Shown here: positions 31,613 through 43,652 of the stretch, one piece after another
Position numbering within the stretch: the stretch's first letter is position 1
Layout of the letters: each line of letters begins with the position of its first letter
Origin: Terriglobia bacterium
Lineage (GTDB): Bacteria > Acidobacteriota > Terriglobia > 2-12-FULL-54-10
DNA: 64,000 nt
Reading direction: 5' to 3'
NCBI GenBank assembly: GCA_963666975.2
Contig: CAXVYR010000004.1
Coordinates: forward strand, 832,001-896,000
The notes under the pieces: generated by a model
The model's database searches: none
Told to the model about the DNA's origin: nothing
The model's input: only the letters and a program-made list of their open reading frames with translations
Position numbers and translations under genes: made by a program

Positions 31613-32107
31613 TTATCCCGTCTTCTTGGAAAGATAATCGACCAGCCCGAGGCACTCCGCCGCAGTATAGCGGCCGGTAGGGCCGGTGCTGTAAACCGCG
31701 CCCGCGATCTTGCCATCCGGTTGAATGACAAAACCGGTGGCGTGGATATATCCCTTTTCCGCATCAAAAAATGCGCCCGTCCTGGCAGAAACTTCCTTTG
31801 CGTTCAGACCATATGCCAGTGGAAAGGTTAACTTGTGCCGCTCTAGGGTCTTCTGGGCGTTCTCCAGCGTGTCCACCGAGGCTGCAACCACCCTTACCTT
31901 TCGCTTTTCAAATTCGCCGATTTGATCTTGGAAGTCAGACAACTGCCGACGACAATACGGTCACCAGTGTCCTCGGTAAACTAGGAATACACTCCAATTG
32001 TACTTGGCAGCATCGGGGAGGGTCAGGGAACTGCCATCGACGAGCCTGAGTTGCAACGCTGGAAAAGGATCACCCGCGTCGAGCTTTTTTACTTCCACTT
32101 GAGCCAT
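31613..32107 (-). CDS. Peroxiredoxin-like (AhpC/TSA) selenoprotein with UxxC motif
   Basis: AGGAGG SD and ATG at 32107; MAQVEVKKLDAGDPFPAL...VYRGHW-UGA(31961-31963)-PYCRRQL continues in frame into the annotated 109-aa ORF. Confidence 0.88.
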
Positions 32108-32288
32108 AACTTACCTCCTAATTAGTGTTTACTTGCCTCAGCATCGGGGAAAAGAAAGCCACGGCCCCTCAGGGGACCGCGCATGAATGTCACGCTTGGA
32201 CCGCAAGTGGGATAGCGTGGGGCGATTTCCAAGGGAGCCGATCGGCATCACCCGCGAGGAACTGCACTGCTCCCCTGGGGTTCCCTGA

Positions 32289-32999
32289 CTAACTTTTTAG
32301 CGTCCGGCTGAAAAGACCCAGAGTACGGGTCCAGGCGTCCTGCGCGGCGGCGGCATTGTAAACATCCGGACGGGTATCGTTAAAGAAGGCGTGGTCGGCG
32401 TCGGGATAGATGCGAACTTCGCCGTTCACGCCATACTGCTGGAAGGCTTCTTTCAACTTTTCGGTCTTGGAGGCGTTGATCCACGGGTCTTTTCCGCCGC
32501 CAAAGAACAGCACCGGGCAGCGAATGTTTTTTACCTGGTCGATCGGGTCCGGATGGTCGCCATAGAAGGGGACAGCGGCCTTGATCGCAGGCGTGCGGCA
32601 GGCCAGCAGCAGCGCGTAGCTGCCGCCCATGCAAAAACCGATCACTCCAATGTGCTCGGCGATGTGCGCACCAGAGACCGGCTCTTTTTCTTGCAGGAAC
32701 CCAAGTGCGGCCAGGAGAATTCCGACCGCCGCTTCGCGGTCCAACTCCGCCATCCAGGCGCCGGCCTGCTTCGGGTCGGAAGTAACCTTTCCTCCGTAAA
32801 GGTCCGGAGCCAGCGCCACAAACCCTTCTCCGGCCAGACGGCGGGTGATGTCTTTGATGTGCTCGTTCAGTCCCCACCATTCCTGGACAACCAGGATACC
32901 CGGATAGTCTCCGGCGCCGCTGGGCCGCGCCTCGTAAGCCGCTGCCGTCCCGCCCTCCAGGGGAAACTTCACCATGCGCGTCTGAATATTGGCCTGCAC
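32289..32999 (-). CDS. Dienelactone hydrolase family protein
   Basis: QEWWGLN, GFCMGG, ADHAFFND. Confidence 0.95.
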   Translation of the reverse strand: MQANIQTRMVKFPLEGGTAAAYEARPSGAGDYPGILVVQEWWGLNEHIKDITRRLAGEGFVALAPDLYGGKVTSDPKQAGAWMAELDREAAVGILLAALGFLQEKEPVSGAHIAEHIGVIGFCMGGSYALLLACRTPAIKAAVPFYGDHPDPIDQVKNIRCPVLFFGGGKDPWINASKTEKLKEAFQQYGVNGEVRIYPDADHAFFNDTRPDVYNAAAAQDAWTRTLGLFSRTLKS

Positions 33000-33077
33000 G
33001 ATTTTACTTTCCTGTGGTTTCGGAAATTGCTTATTGCGATCCGGGAACTTCGGATGACCAACTCTTCAGCCGGCTCT

Positions 33078-34523
33078 TCAACTGGCTCCGCGACCAGAGA
33101 GCACGCGGGGAATGGTTCGCAGCAGAATCTTGAAGTCCAAGGCCAGCGACCAATTGTCAATGTATTCCATATCCAGCTTCATCCACCGCGCGAAATTGAG
33201 CTGGTTGCGGCCTTCCAGCGCCCACAGGCACGTCAAGCCCGGCTTCATGCGCAGCCGCCGCCGCTGCCACTTTTCGTATTGCGCGGTCTCTTGAGGCAGC
33301 GGAGGCCGGGGCCCGACAAAGGACATGTCCCCCTTGAGAATGTTGAACAGCTGGGGCATCTCGTCCAGGCTGATCTTGCGCAGGATTCTTCCCACCGGCG
33401 TGACCCGCGGGTCCTTGGCGATTTTGAAGACCGGGCCGTCCATCTCATTGAGGTGCGCCACTTGATGCAGCCGCTGGTCGGCGTCCTGGTACATGGAGCG
33501 GAATTTGTAGAGCCAAAATTTACGGCCGTTCAAGCCGCATCGCTGCTGGCGGTAGATCGCCGGCCCCGGCGAGGTGACCCTCACCAGCGCCGCCGCGATC
33601 ACCAGCAGCGGGGCAGTGAGCAGACACATCCCGGCAGCTAGCCCAAGATCGAGCGCCCGTTTCAAGAATAATAGATATTCGTTTTCCGGCGCACTGCTGA
33701 AGGTAAGCAGGGGAAAGTGCTCGAGCTTCTCAAGCGATATTTCCGAGTGAATGTGGGGGAAAAAGTCCACCAGCACTCGCGTCCTCACCCCCTGCTCCTC
33801 GCAAAGCAAGAAGAGGTCCTCCATTTTTTCCAGCCAGGATTTGGAAACGGCGAAGATGATCTCGTCGATATGGCCCTCGAGTAACCGGGGAAGTTCCTCC
33901 AGTTCCCGCAAAGGATACCGGTGGCTGAGGTTCTCCTCGGCAGGCGGGGCCCCCTCCGGTTCCCGCACAAAACCGAGAACCTGATCGCCCTGCTCCTGGT
34001 TCTTCTCGATCAAGCGAGCTACTTCCACCGCCTTGGGACCGGTCCCGACGATCAGATAACGACGGCCGCCGGCCAGATCGCGCTGGAGAACCCGGCGCAG
34101 CTTGCGGCCAGCGAGCCGGTAAACTGCCTGGAACAGGAAGTTCAGGAACAGGAAGAATGCTACAAAGGAACGGCTGATTTCGCCGAGCTGAAAAAGATAA
34201 ATCGCTGTCGCCAGCGCCACTCCCAGCCAGAAGGATTGGTAGATGGTGTTGCGGATCATGTAGCGGGCGTTAAAGCTTTCGAGTCGCCTGTAAACCCCCA
34301 GAAACAGGCCGGTGCCCGCCCAAACCACCAGCGCGGTTCCCAGCAGTCCGGCGGTCACTCCATAGGAAAGGAAAAACAGCTGCATCTGCGGCATGTGGGC
34401 TCGGAGCAGATAGGCAACCTCAAAGGAAACAGCGACAAGAATCAGGTCGGAAAAAGCAAACAACAACCACAGAAGCCGGGCGCGGTGAGTGAACATGGCT
34501 GACTGAATTCCCGTGAACGGCAT
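33078..34523 (-). CDS. Polyprenyl-phosphate sugar phosphotransferase (WcaJ/CpsE type)
   Basis: [31 protein letters not shown]. Confidence 0.95.
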   Translation of the reverse strand: MPFTGIQSAMFTHRARLLWLLFAFSDLILVAVSFEVAYLLRAHMPQMQLFFLSYGVTAGLLGTALVVWAGTGLFLGVYRRLESFNARYMIRNTIYQSFWLGVALATAIYLFQLGEISRSFVAFFLFLNFLFQAVYRLAGRKLRRVLQRDLAGGRRYLIVGTGPKAVEVARLIEKNQEQGDQVLGFVREPEGAPPAEENLSHRYPLRELEELPRLLEGHIDEIIFAVSKSWLEKMEDLFLLCEEQGVRTRVLVDFFPHIHSEISLEKLEHFPLLTFSSAPENEYLLFLKRALDLGLAAGMCLLTAPLLVIAAALVRVTSPGPAIYRQQRCGLNGRKFWLYKFRSMYQDADQRLHQVAHLNEMDGPVFKIAKDPRVTPVGRILRKISLDEMPQLFNILKGDMSFVGPRPPLPQETAQYEKWQRRRLRMKPGLTCLWALEGRNQLNFARWMKLDMEYIDNWSLALDFKILLRTIPRVLSGRGAS

Positions 34524-34806
34524 CCAGAACCGAAAGCTCCAAGCCCGCCCGGGATCGCGTTCTCGGTTCCGGTCCTAATCCATAAAGCCATTCGGGAAAG
34601 CGGCAACCGAATCTTACCAGAGAACACTCTTTGCTGGCAAGAAATTGCACTCACCATTAGGGTTGCCAGAGCTTGCCTCTAGCTCGCCGCCCTGTCCCGC
34701 GGCCATCGAGCGGCGGTTCCCTGAAGGGTTCCGGCTCGGTGGGAAGGGTGGCAGGAAAGGGTGGAAAATCTTGCAGTTGCCGCCGCCGCCCGCGTACAAT
34801 CAAAAG

Positions 34807-36540
34807 GTGATAAAGAAGCGCTTCCAGGCCCTCGGCATAGCGGCTCTTGGAGCGGGAATCTGGCTGGCATGCGGTTCCATCGCCTGGTCCACCCTGATCC
34901 CCGCGCAGGTATCCGAGCGCGCACGACCGGCCTTCGCCACCTCTGTTGCCTTCGAGCTGCGTTCCCAAGTGGAGCAAGCCAGCTTCAACCTGCGCCGGGC
35001 TAGCCTGCGGGCGATTTACGAGGCCATTGCGGATGCCTACGGAATCCGGTTGATCTATGACAGAGACCTCGGAGAGCTGGACCTCGTGAGCGACTTTCGC
35101 CTGCAAGACGCCACGCTCCGGGAGGCGCTGGATGCGGCGGAGAATATCTCCAAGACGTTCGTGGCTCCCGTCGACGAGCGGACGGGCGTGATTGCCTCCG
35201 ACACCCCTCAAAAGCGGGGAGAGTTTGAGCGGCAGGTTCTGCGGACCTTCCACATGGACGACCAAACCACGCCGGAGCAATTGACCGAGATCACAACGGC
35301 CCTGCGGAGCCTGCTCGACTTGCGCCGCGTGGCCCAGGACACCCGTTCCAACTTAATCAGCGCCCGGGGACGTGTCCGGCAGATGATTGCCGCCGGAGAG
35401 TTTGTCCAAACCTTTGCGAAGCAGCAGGGCGAAGTGATGTTGGAGGTGGAGATTTTAGAGTTCAACCACCAGCGGGCGCGGGAGCTGGGAATCCTCCCGC
35501 CGCAGCCCTTCCGGCTGATCTTCTTGGGGGAAGACGCCTCGCCGTCCTCTGAGCCGTTGCTCACCTTCGGCCAGGGCCGGAGCTTCTATGGCGTCGGCCT
35601 TCCGGGCGCTGAGGTGCGAATGAGCTTTTCCTCCTCGGTAGTGCGTTCCCTCCGGAAGCTCCAACTGCGGGCTTCCCATAGCCAGGAGGCGAACCTGCTG
35701 GCGGGCGAGCGATTCCCTGTGATCAGCGCCTCTCTGACCTCTAGCTTCTTCACCGGCGACACCACGCAGCAGCCTTCCAGCGCCGACATAGGCTTTTTTC
35801 CCTCCATCCAATATGAGAATTTGGGTGTCACGATTACAGCCACTCCATACCTCCATGCCGGGCGCGAACTGACCCTGAAGCTGGACCTGGCGCTGCGGGC
35901 GCTGGGCGGGGAGGCCCTGAACGGAGTTCCCGTTATCACCAACCGCCAGCTGACCGGCCAATTTCGCCTGCGGGACGGGGAGAGCTATCTGATCGGCGGC
36001 ATCCTGGACCGCACCGAGCGGAAATCGCGCTCCGGTTTTCCCCTGCTTTCCCGGATACCCTGGGTGGGGCGGTTGTTTGGGGGACACGACAGTCAGGAGA
36101 GGGTAACAGAGATGTTGATCCTCATCCGGCCTCGCATTCTTCGGCCGGCCGTGGCCGAACAGTACGCTTCCCGCGCCATCTTTTTTGGCAAGGAACTGAC
36201 GGGATTGCCTGCCGCGCCGGCTCCTCCTGCACCTCAGGCTCCTGCACCTCCCGCCCCCGGACAGCCTCCTGCTACGCCCGGCGCTCCAGGCGGAGCGCAG
36301 CCGGGAGTGCCTCAGCCTGGCGTGCCGACACCGGGACAGGTCCAGCCGGGGACGTTTCAGCCGGGCATACCGCAGCCGGGCAACCGTCCGCAGGGCGTGG
36401 TGCCTGGAAACTTGTTTCCACAAGGCGTGGTTCCGCCGGGCTTCCCTCAGCCCACCCAACCCCGGCCCAACCAGCCTCAATTTACCCAGCCACAATTGAA
36501 CCAACCTCAATTTGTCCAGCCAGGCCAGCAGCGGCCTTGA
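34807..36540 (+). CDS. Secretin (GspD/PilQ-like) with Pro/Gln-rich tail
   Basis: VMLEVEILE, GERFPV, GFPLLSRIPWVGRLFG, MLILIRPRI; tail of QPG/PQ repeats; start uncertain. Confidence 0.88.
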   Translation: MIKKRFQALGIAALGAGIWLACGSIAWSTLIPAQVSERARPAFATSVAFELRSQVEQASFNLRRASLRAIYEAIADAYGIRLIYDRDLGELDLVSDFRLQDATLREALDAAENISKTFVAPVDERTGVIASDTPQKRGEFERQVLRTFHMDDQTTPEQLTEITTALRSLLDLRRVAQDTRSNLISARGRVRQMIAAGEFVQTFAKQQGEVMLEVEILEFNHQRARELGILPPQPFRLIFLGEDASPSSEPLLTFGQGRSFYGVGLPGAEVRMSFSSSVVRSLRKLQLRASHSQEANLLAGERFPVISASLTSSFFTGDTTQQPSSADIGFFPSIQYENLGVTITATPYLHAGRELTLKLDLALRALGGEALNGVPVITNRQLTGQFRLRDGESYLIGGILDRTERKSRSGFPLLSRIPWVGRLFGGHDSQERVTEMLILIRPRILRPAVAEQYASRAIFFGKELTGLPAAPAPPAPQAPAPPAPGQPPATPGAPGGAQPGVPQPGVPTPGQVQPGTFQPGIPQPGNRPQGVVPGNLFPQGVVPPGFPQPTQPRPNQPQFTQPQLNQPQFVQPGQQRP

Positions 36541-36599
36541 AGGCAGCTGGCGGCATCTTCTCCAAGGTATAATCAAGCAGTATCTAGGGAACCCTTAGA

Positions 36600-39500
36600 A
36601 TGCCCTTGTCGAATTTCCATCCCGCCGTCGCGGAGTGGTTTGAATCCACCTTCTCGGCTCCCACCGAGCCGCAGCGTGTGGGATGGCCGGCCATCCAATC
36701 CGGTGAGGACACGCTGATCGCCGCGCCCACCGGCTCCGGCAAGACGCTGGCGGCATTCCTTGCGGCGATTGATTCTCTGGTCCGGCAAGGAATTGAAGGC
36801 ACGCTCGCCGACGAAACGCAGGTTGTCTACGTCTCGCCTCTCAAAGCCCTCAGCAATGACGTAAAGCAGAACCTCACCGTGCCGCTCACCGGCGTGCGCG
36901 ACGTGCTGCTGCGGATGGGCCTGCTATCGCCTGAAATTCGCGTCTGGGTGCGCACGGGCGACACACCTGCCTACGAGCGCCAGAAGATGCTCGGAAAGCC
37001 TCCGCACATCCTGGTAACCACGCCGGAGTCGCTTTACATTCTGCTGACGGCGGCAAAAAGCCGCCGGGTGTTGCGGACGGTACGCACCGTAATTGTCGAT
37101 GAAATTCACGCCGTCGCCCGCGACAAGCGGGGCTCGCACCTGGCGCTGACGCTTGAAAGGCTCGACGCGCTGGCCAGCGAAAAGCCGGTCCGGATCGGCC
37201 TTTCCGCCACGCAAAAGCCGATTGAAGAAGTCGCGCGCTTCCTGGTGGGCACGCGGAGGCTCGAAGGCGCGGGCAACCCCCGCTGCACCATCATCGACAC
37301 CGGCCACGCCCGCAAGCTCGACCTCGCCGTCGAGGTACCCGGCTCACCGCTCACCGCCGTCTGCTCGAATGAAACCTGGGAGGAGATCTACGACCGCATC
37401 GCGGCGCTGGTCCGGGCTGAGCGCACGACGCTGATCTTTGTGAATACGCGGCGGCTGGCCGAGCGCGTTACCATGCACCTCAGCAAGCGCTTAGGCGAGG
37501 ATAAAGTCACCTCGCATCACGGCAGCCTTTCGCGCGCGCAACGGCTGCGCGCCGAGCAGCGCCTGAAGGCAGGCGAGTTGCAAGCCCTGGTCGCCACGGC
37601 GTCGCTGGAACTAGGCATCGACATCGGCACGGTCGATCTGGTCTGCCAGATCGGCTCCCCGCGCTCGATCGCTACATTCTTGCAGCGTGTGGGCCGCTCC
37701 GGCCACACGCCTAACAACAAGGAAGGGGGAGCGGTTCCTCGCGGGCGCATTTTCGCCCTCAGCCGGGATGAGCTGGTGGAGTGCGCCGCGCTGCTGCGTG
37801 CCGTCCGCCGGGGGCGTCTCGACCGCCTGAACATTCCGGAGAAACCTCTCGACATCCTGGCGCAGCAGATTGTCGCTGCGGCGGCGGCCGAGGAGCAGGA
37901 CGGGAAGTGGGGCGAGGGAGGGAGCCAAGGATGGAATGAGGACGAACTCTACGAGCTTTGCCACGGCGCCTTCCCTTACCGGAACCTCACGCGGGAAGAA
38001 TTTGACGAGGTGGTGCAGATGCTGGCCGAAGGCTTTTCCACGCGCCGGGGGCGCAGCGCGGCGCATCTACACTATGACGGCGTGGGGCGGCGCATCCGCG
38101 CCCGCAAAGGCGCGCGCCTGGCTGCCATCACCTCCGGCGGAGCCATTCCCGATAACGCCGACTATCGGGTGATCCTGGAGCCGGAAGGAACGTTCGTTGG
38201 CACGGTGAACGAGGATTTTGCCATCGAGAGCATGGCGGGCGACATTTTTCAGCTGGGCAACTCGGCATGGCGAATCCTTCGGGTGGAGCTGGGGCAGATT
38301 CGCGTAGCGGATGCGCGCGGGGAGTCTCCCACGATTCCCTTCTGGCTGGGAGAGGCCCCGGCGCGCACAGCGGAGTTGTCCGCGGAGGTCTCCGAGCTGC
38401 GGGAAGAGGTGGAAGCGCGATTGGACCTGCCGGAGGAGGCCCTGCGCTGGCTCGAAGCCGAGGCGGGCCTCAACCGGGCGCAGGCGGAACAGATCACCGA
38501 GTACCTGGGTGCGGCGCGAACAGTCCTGGGCGTGGTGCCTACGCAAAAGACCATTGTGCTGGAGCGGTTCTTTGATTCCTCCGGCGGTATGCAGTTAGTG
38601 GTGCACGCGCCCTTCGGAGGGCGCATCAACCGGGCCTGGGGGCTCGCCCTGCGGAAGCGCTTCTGCCGCAGCTTCAACTTCGAGCTGCAAGCCGCCGCCA
38701 GCGAGGAGGCCATCGTGCTTTCGCTCGGCCTCCAGCACAGCTTTCCGCTGGAGGAGGTTTTCTCTTATCTGCACACGATCTCGGCGGAGGACTTGCTAAT
38801 CCAGGCGCTGCTGGCTGCGCCCATGTTTCAGACGCGCTGGCGGTGGAACGCCATGCGGTCGCTGGCCATCCTGCGTCACGCAGGCGGGAAAAAAGTTCCC
38901 GCCGCTTTTCTCCGCATGCGTGCCGATGATCTTCTGGTCGCCGTATTTCCCGACAGCGCCGCCTGCGCCGAGAACCTCTCCGGCCCCATTGAGGTGCCCG
39001 GCCACCCGCTGGTCCGGCAGACGGTGGGGGACTGCCTGCGAGAGGCGATGGACATCGACGGGTTCCTGGCGCTGCTTCGCGCGATAGAACAGAAAAAACT
39101 CCGGCTGGTTGCCCGCGACACCACCGAGCCTTCGCCGCTCTCGCACGAAATTCTGAACGCCAAGCCCTACGCATTTCTCGATGACGCGCCGCTGGAGGAG
39201 CGCAGGGCGCGTGCGGTGGAGACGCGCCGGACCCTCGACTTCCGTTCTGCCGAGGAACTGGGCAGGCTCGATTCGCAGGCTATTGAAGCCGTCAGGCAGC
39301 AGGCATGGCCGGAGGCGGAAAATCCCGATGAGTTGCACGACGCGCTGATGCTGATGGGTTTTCTGGGCGAACAGGAGCAGCCGGAGTGGGAGCCTCTCTT
39401 CCATGCGCTTGCCGGCGCTCGCCGGGCGGCGCGGCTCGAAACGGGAACGGCGCAGGCGCTTTGGATTGCCGCAGAGCGGAAGCCGCAGTTCGACCAGCTA

Positions 39501-40952
39501 TATCCCGGAGCGGTCTGCCAGCCTGCCATCCAGGCTCCAACGCGCGAGCAGGCGCGTGACTGGAACAAAGAAGAAGCTTTGGTTGAGATCGTGCGGGGGC
39601 GGCTGGAAACGCTGGGTCCAGTAACGGTAGAGGCGGTGGCGGGTTCAATGGGACTCGCGGCGGCGGAGGTCGAGCCTGCCGTGGCGGCTCTCGAAAAAGA
39701 AGGCTTTGCCCTGCGTGGACATTTCACCGGCTCACAGGCCGTCGAGTGGTGCGAACGGCGGTTGCTGGCCCGCATTCACCGCGCCACGCTGGACCGCCTG
39801 CGTAAGGAGATCGAGCCGGTGACGGCTGCGGAGTTTATGCGCTTCCTGTTCGCCTGGCAGCACGCCGAGACGGAGTCCCGCCTGGAAGGGCCCCTCGGCC
39901 TCTCTGCCGTAGTGGGCCTGCTCCAAGGGTTTGAAATTCCCGCCGCGGCTTGGGAGGGCTTCGTCCTGCCCTCCCGCATGGCGCGTTATGACCCGGCATG
40001 GCTTGACCAGCTTTGTTTGTCCGGCGAGCTGGCCTGGGTCCGGCTCTCTGTGCCTGCTGAAACCAACGGCCGCCACCCTGGCGCGAACCGGGCCTCGCCC
40101 GTCGCGCTGCTCTACCGGGAACAGATGGAAGCATGGCTGTCGCCTGCCGGAGCGCGATCACCGGACGGCAATGGCGCGGGCATGGGCAGCAGCGCACGAC
40201 AGGTGCTCGATTACTTGCAGCTTCGGGGGGCGTGTTTCTTTCAGGACTTGGTTTCCGGAACCGGCCTGCTGCGGACCGAAGTGGAGGAGGCCCTGCGCGA
40301 ACTCATTGCCTGCGGATGGGTGACCGGAGACGGCTTCGCGGGCCTGCGCGCCCTGGTGATTGCCCCGGATAAAACTTTGGGAACCAGCCCTGCCAAAAAC
40401 AAAGACGGACGGCCTCGCATTCTGCCGGTGATTCCGCCCACGGCCGGCCGCTGGTCGGTTTTGCGGCGCGAGAACCATGACTCCGGACATGACTCCGAAA
40501 AACAAATCGACACGGTGGAGCTTTGGGCACGGCAACTGTTGCGCCGGTATGGTGTCGTGTTCCACCGGCTGCTGGAGCGGGAAAACGGGCTGCCGCCGTG
40601 GCGGGAACTGCTCAACCGGTTCCGGAGGCTCGAGGCGCGCGGCGAGATTCGCGGAGGACGTTTCGTGGCCGGATTTTCCGGGGAACAGTACGCCCTGCCG
40701 GAGGCCATCCCGCCGTTACGGGCAACCCGCCGGAAAGAGGCCGCCGGCCACTTTCTCGTTCTCTCTGCGGCGGACCCTTTGAATTTGGCGGGGATCACAA
40801 CGCCGGGGCAGAAGATCGCGGCTGTCGGCGGGAATCGCGTCCTTTACCGCGACGGCATTCCCCTGGCAGCCCGGGAGGGAGGAAGCTTGATCGAGCTGCA
40901 TCCCTCCGCCGCCGAGTTCCAGGCGGAGATTCGGGCGCGACTGGGGAAATAA
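36600..40952 (+). CDS. lhr: Lhr family ATP-dependent helicase (long form)
   Basis: [32 protein letters not shown]; 1450 aa. Confidence 0.95.
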   Translation: MPLSNFHPAVAEWFESTFSAPTEPQRVGWPAIQSGEDTLIAAPTGSGKTLAAFLAAIDSLVRQGIEGTLADETQVVYVSPLKALSNDVKQNLTVPLTGVRDVLLRMGLLSPEIRVWVRTGDTPAYERQKMLGKPPHILVTTPESLYILLTAAKSRRVLRTVRTVIVDEIHAVARDKRGSHLALTLERLDALASEKPVRIGLSATQKPIEEVARFLVGTRRLEGAGNPRCTIIDTGHARKLDLAVEVPGSPLTAVCSNETWEEIYDRIAALVRAERTTLIFVNTRRLAERVTMHLSKRLGEDKVTSHHGSLSRAQRLRAEQRLKAGELQALVATASLELGIDIGTVDLVCQIGSPRSIATFLQRVGRSGHTPNNKEGGAVPRGRIFALSRDELVECAALLRAVRRGRLDRLNIPEKPLDILAQQIVAAAAAEEQDGKWGEGGSQGWNEDELYELCHGAFPYRNLTREEFDEVVQMLAEGFSTRRGRSAAHLHYDGVGRRIRARKGARLAAITSGGAIPDNADYRVILEPEGTFVGTVNEDFAIESMAGDIFQLGNSAWRILRVELGQIRVADARGESPTIPFWLGEAPARTAELSAEVSELREEVEARLDLPEEALRWLEAEAGLNRAQAEQITEYLGAARTVLGVVPTQKTIVLERFFDSSGGMQLVVHAPFGGRINRAWGLALRKRFCRSFNFELQAAASEEAIVLSLGLQHSFPLEEVFSYLHTISAEDLLIQALLAAPMFQTRWRWNAMRSLAILRHAGGKKVPAAFLRMRADDLLVAVFPDSAACAENLSGPIEVPGHPLVRQTVGDCLREAMDIDGFLALLRAIEQKKLRLVARDTTEPSPLSHEILNAKPYAFLDDAPLEERRARAVETRRTLDFRSAEELGRLDSQAIEAVRQQAWPEAENPDELHDALMLMGFLGEQEQPEWEPLFHALAGARRAARLETGTAQALWIAAERKPQFDQLYPGAVCQPAIQAPTREQARDWNKEEALVEIVRGRLETLGPVTVEAVAGSMGLAAAEVEPAVAALEKEGFALRGHFTGSQAVEWCERRLLARIHRATLDRLRKEIEPVTAAEFMRFLFAWQHAETESRLEGPLGLSAVVGLLQGFEIPAAAWEGFVLPSRMARYDPAWLDQLCLSGELAWVRLSVPAETNGRHPGANRASPVALLYREQMEAWLSPAGARSPDGNGAGMGSSARQVLDYLQLRGACFFQDLVSGTGLLRTEVEEALRELIACGWVTGDGFAGLRALVIAPDKTLGTSPAKNKDGRPRILPVIPPTAGRWSVLRRENHDSGHDSEKQIDTVELWARQLLRRYGVVFHRLLERENGLPPWRELLNRFRRLEARGEIRGGRFVAGFSGEQYALPEAIPPLRATRRKEAAGHFLVLSAADPLNLAGITTPGQKIAAVGGNRVLYRDGIPLAAREGGSLIELHPSAAEFQAEIRARLGK

Positions 40953-41023
40953 AAAGCCGTTGGCCGTTCCAATCCGAACGGGACCCAGGTGGTTTCGATG
41001 GAGCAGCTAAAGATCGGCTTCCG

Positions 41024-42487
41024 CTAATGGACAGCACGAACAGGCTCTTGCGGATTCAGTTGGTGGAACTTGGACAGAATAGAAAGGGCTTCGACAGGCG
41101 CAAGCTCCACCGTCCCCATCGAGTCTTCCACGTACTCCCCGCGTCGCATGCCGTTCAGGACACAGGAGACCCCGTCCAGGTGCAGCAGCACGTTCTGGGA
41201 CATTCGGCTGAGCGATTCTTCCGTCTTCGGGTAACCGGCCTGCTGCAGCTGTTTGCGCAAATGGTCGGAGGCTCCTTGCTGGGACGCCGCCAGGTGCCGC
41301 GCAATCTGTTCAAAGATTCGGGGAAGGCTATCGCCGAATTTTTGCAGCCACTCATCCCACTCCTTCCGGCCCCCGTATAACTGCTGGCACTGCACCGCCC
41401 ACCGTTCAATGGGCTGGACGATGTGCTCCGCAAATACCGCCTCCCAATGGGAGGGAGACTTGATCTGTGGAACGATCACTTCCAGGTAGCGGGCAATGCC
41501 GCCGTCATCGCCGTAGAGCAGCGGGATGTCGAACTGATCCTCCAAAACCTGCTCCATCTTGTGCAGGGGTTCGAGCAGCGAGTGCAATTGTTCCTTTCCC
41601 GGAAGCTTCTCGCCGGGCTTCAGGAAGTCGGCCAGCCGCATCATCTGATGGTTAAAAAATGCGTTCAGCGGGCGGTTGAGGAGCACTCCGATGCCTTTCT
41701 CCCGGCAGAACTCCAGCACCGTCTGCCCGTTGTTGTTGGCCTCCAGCGCCCCGCCGCTTTCGTAGAGATTCATGGGAAGCTGCACCACCCGGAAGTGATG
41801 ATCGGCCGCCACCGACTCGGCAGCCTCCCAGCAGCGGCTGACGCTGGTCTGTGTGCGGCTGGAGGAGGCCATCCCGTAGTTGTTGGAGCTGATGCCGTAC
41901 CAGCGGATCTTTCCCTCGGCGACTTTTCCTTCCAAAAATCGGAATGCCTCCTGCACCCTGCGGTAGAACTCCTGGTGGTCCTTTTCGGTGATGATCTTGT
42001 GGTGTGCCTGGTGTTCCAGGTAGTACTCCGGATTGTGGAGCAGGTAAACGTCGATTACCTTTTGCCTCATTCGCTCGGCGCTCCGGATGAGTTGGGTCTC
42101 CAGAAACTCCGGATGGATGGAGTGCCAGAGCCCTTCCCCGTACTCCACCACCTCGGGAAATTTCCGCTGCAGCGCAAGCTTCATGTTCTCGCCCTGGATA
42201 TACCCGCCCTTGGTTACCACGATCACCTGTTCCCGGGGAATATCCTGGAGGAGCTTCCCGACCAGCGTCTCGGAGCGTCCGTCGGCGTAGTTGGCGCTGG
42301 TGTCGATCAGGTTTCCGCCCTGCTCCAGATAGGCGCGCAGGGCGGCTTCGTGCGTGGCATTGCCCTCCGCCACGCGATAACAGCCGAAACCCATTGGGTG
42401 GCAGCGCAGCCCGGTGTTGCCCAGCGGCCGCAAGCATTGGTTGTTCGAGTGCTTGCCGGGATGTTTGTCAGATTTTTTGTTCGCCAT
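41024..42487 (-). CDS. Aldo/keto reductase family protein
   Basis: LGNTG...GFGCYR, IDTSANY, VTKGGY, YLLHNPE. Confidence 0.9.
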   Translation of the reverse strand: MANKKSDKHPGKHSNNQCLRPLGNTGLRCHPMGFGCYRVAEGNATHEAALRAYLEQGGNLIDTSANYADGRSETLVGKLLQDIPREQVIVVTKGGYIQGENMKLALQRKFPEVVEYGEGLWHSIHPEFLETQLIRSAERMRQKVIDVYLLHNPEYYLEHQAHHKIITEKDHQEFYRRVQEAFRFLEGKVAEGKIRWYGISSNNYGMASSSRTQTSVSRCWEAAESVAADHHFRVVQLPMNLYESGGALEANNNGQTVLEFCREKGIGVLLNRPLNAFFNHQMMRLADFLKPGEKLPGKEQLHSLLEPLHKMEQVLEDQFDIPLLYGDDGGIARYLEVIVPQIKSPSHWEAVFAEHIVQPIERWAVQCQQLYGGRKEWDEWLQKFGDSLPRIFEQIARHLAASQQGASDHLRKQLQQAGYPKTEESLSRMSQNVLLHLDGVSCVLNGMRRGEYVEDSMGTVELAPVEALSILSKFHQLNPQEPVRAVH

Positions 42488-42558
42488 TGTTTTCTGCGCT
42501 GTTCGATATGTAAAAATACCGCGCTTGATTCAAACCGGCCACCTCAGCCTGCTGCTTC

Positions 42559-42906
42559 TCAGAAAGGCTCTTCGGGAGTAATCTCAACCGGCAGCCCGTC
42601 GCCCCAGCCGTACCTGTTGCGCGCCAGCTTCTGAGCCCGTTGCCACGATTCGCGGTCCCGCTCCTCGTCGAGGGCGCGCGCCATGGCTCTCCACTCCCGG
42701 CCGCCGATGCGAACGCGCACGCGGGGATTGCACTCAATGTTCCGCACCCAATAGGCACGATGGAAGTGCTCGGCGAGAAGATACAGCTTACCATCACAGG
42801 CCACGAACCATATCTCAATCTCGCGCGGAAGCCCCGACTGGTGGCCCGTTGTGGTCAGGTAAAGCACCCGATAGTCAAGGACATTTTCCTGACCTGCGTC
42901 CAACAT
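42559..42906 (-). CDS. Deazaflavin(F420)-dependent nitroreductase-like split-barrel protein
   Basis: LYLTTTGHQSGLPREIEIWF...WVRNIECNPRVRVRIG. Confidence 0.8.
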   Translation of the reverse strand: MLDAGQENVLDYRVLYLTTTGHQSGLPREIEIWFVACDGKLYLLAEHFHRAYWVRNIECNPRVRVRIGGREWRAMARALDEERDRESWQRAQKLARNRYGWGDGLPVEITPEEPF

Positions 42907-43004
42907 GCAAGAGTTCGCCCTCCCCCCGGCTTCCGTTGCCGGAGAAACAATCCGGCTCGCAAAATTTCCAACGGGACGGACTGGCAGGCTTGCCTTTCGC
43001 TGGG

Positions 43005-43619
43005 CTAGATTCCTATCGTCGTTTGAACTCTGGGCGGGTGGGATTCTTCGTAGGCGCGGATGTGGGATTCCTGTTTCAGCAGATACCCCAACTGGTCCAC
43101 TCCCGCCAGAAGGCATTGCTTGGAAAAATTGTCGATCGGGAAGCTGACGGTCTTTCCGCCCGGCAGCGTGACGGTCTGGGTAGCCAGATCGACGGAGACC
43201 TTGAGATTCGGGTCCTTCTCCACCTGCCGGAACAGATCGGCATGGACATCGGGAGGGATCACCACGGGCAGCAGCCCGTTCTTGAGGGAGTTGCCCTGAA
43301 AGATGTCGGCAAAGGAAGTGCTCAGCAAGGCCCGGAACCCGAAGGCAAACAATGCCCACGGCGCGTGCTCCCGCGAGCTGCCGGAACCGAAGTTCCTGCC
43401 TGCCAGAAGAATCTGTGCCCCTTTGGCTCGCGGCTGATTCAGAATGAAATCCGGCAGGGGTTTTCCGTCCTCATCAAAACGCCAATCGCGGAACAGATAC
43501 TGGTCCATGCCCGCCTTGTCGGTCACCTTCAAAAACCGCGCCGGAACGATGATATCCGTGTCCACGTTCTCGTTCGGGAGAGGCACCAGCCGGCTGGTGA
43601 TTTTTGTAATGGGTTTCAT
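43005..43619 (-). CDS. leuD: 3-isopropylmalate dehydratase small subunit
   Basis: NVDTD, NFGSGSSREHAPWAL, SFADIF. Confidence 0.97.
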   Translation of the reverse strand: MKPITKITSRLVPLPNENVDTDIIVPARFLKVTDKAGMDQYLFRDWRFDEDGKPLPDFILNQPRAKGAQILLAGRNFGSGSSREHAPWALFAFGFRALLSTSFADIFQGNSLKNGLLPVVIPPDVHADLFRQVEKDPNLKVSVDLATQTVTLPGGKTVSFPIDNFSKQCLLAGVDQLGYLLKQESHIRAYEESHPPRVQTTIGI

Positions 43620-43652
43620 AGGGGCTCCTCATGGGTTCTCAGTATCTGGCCT

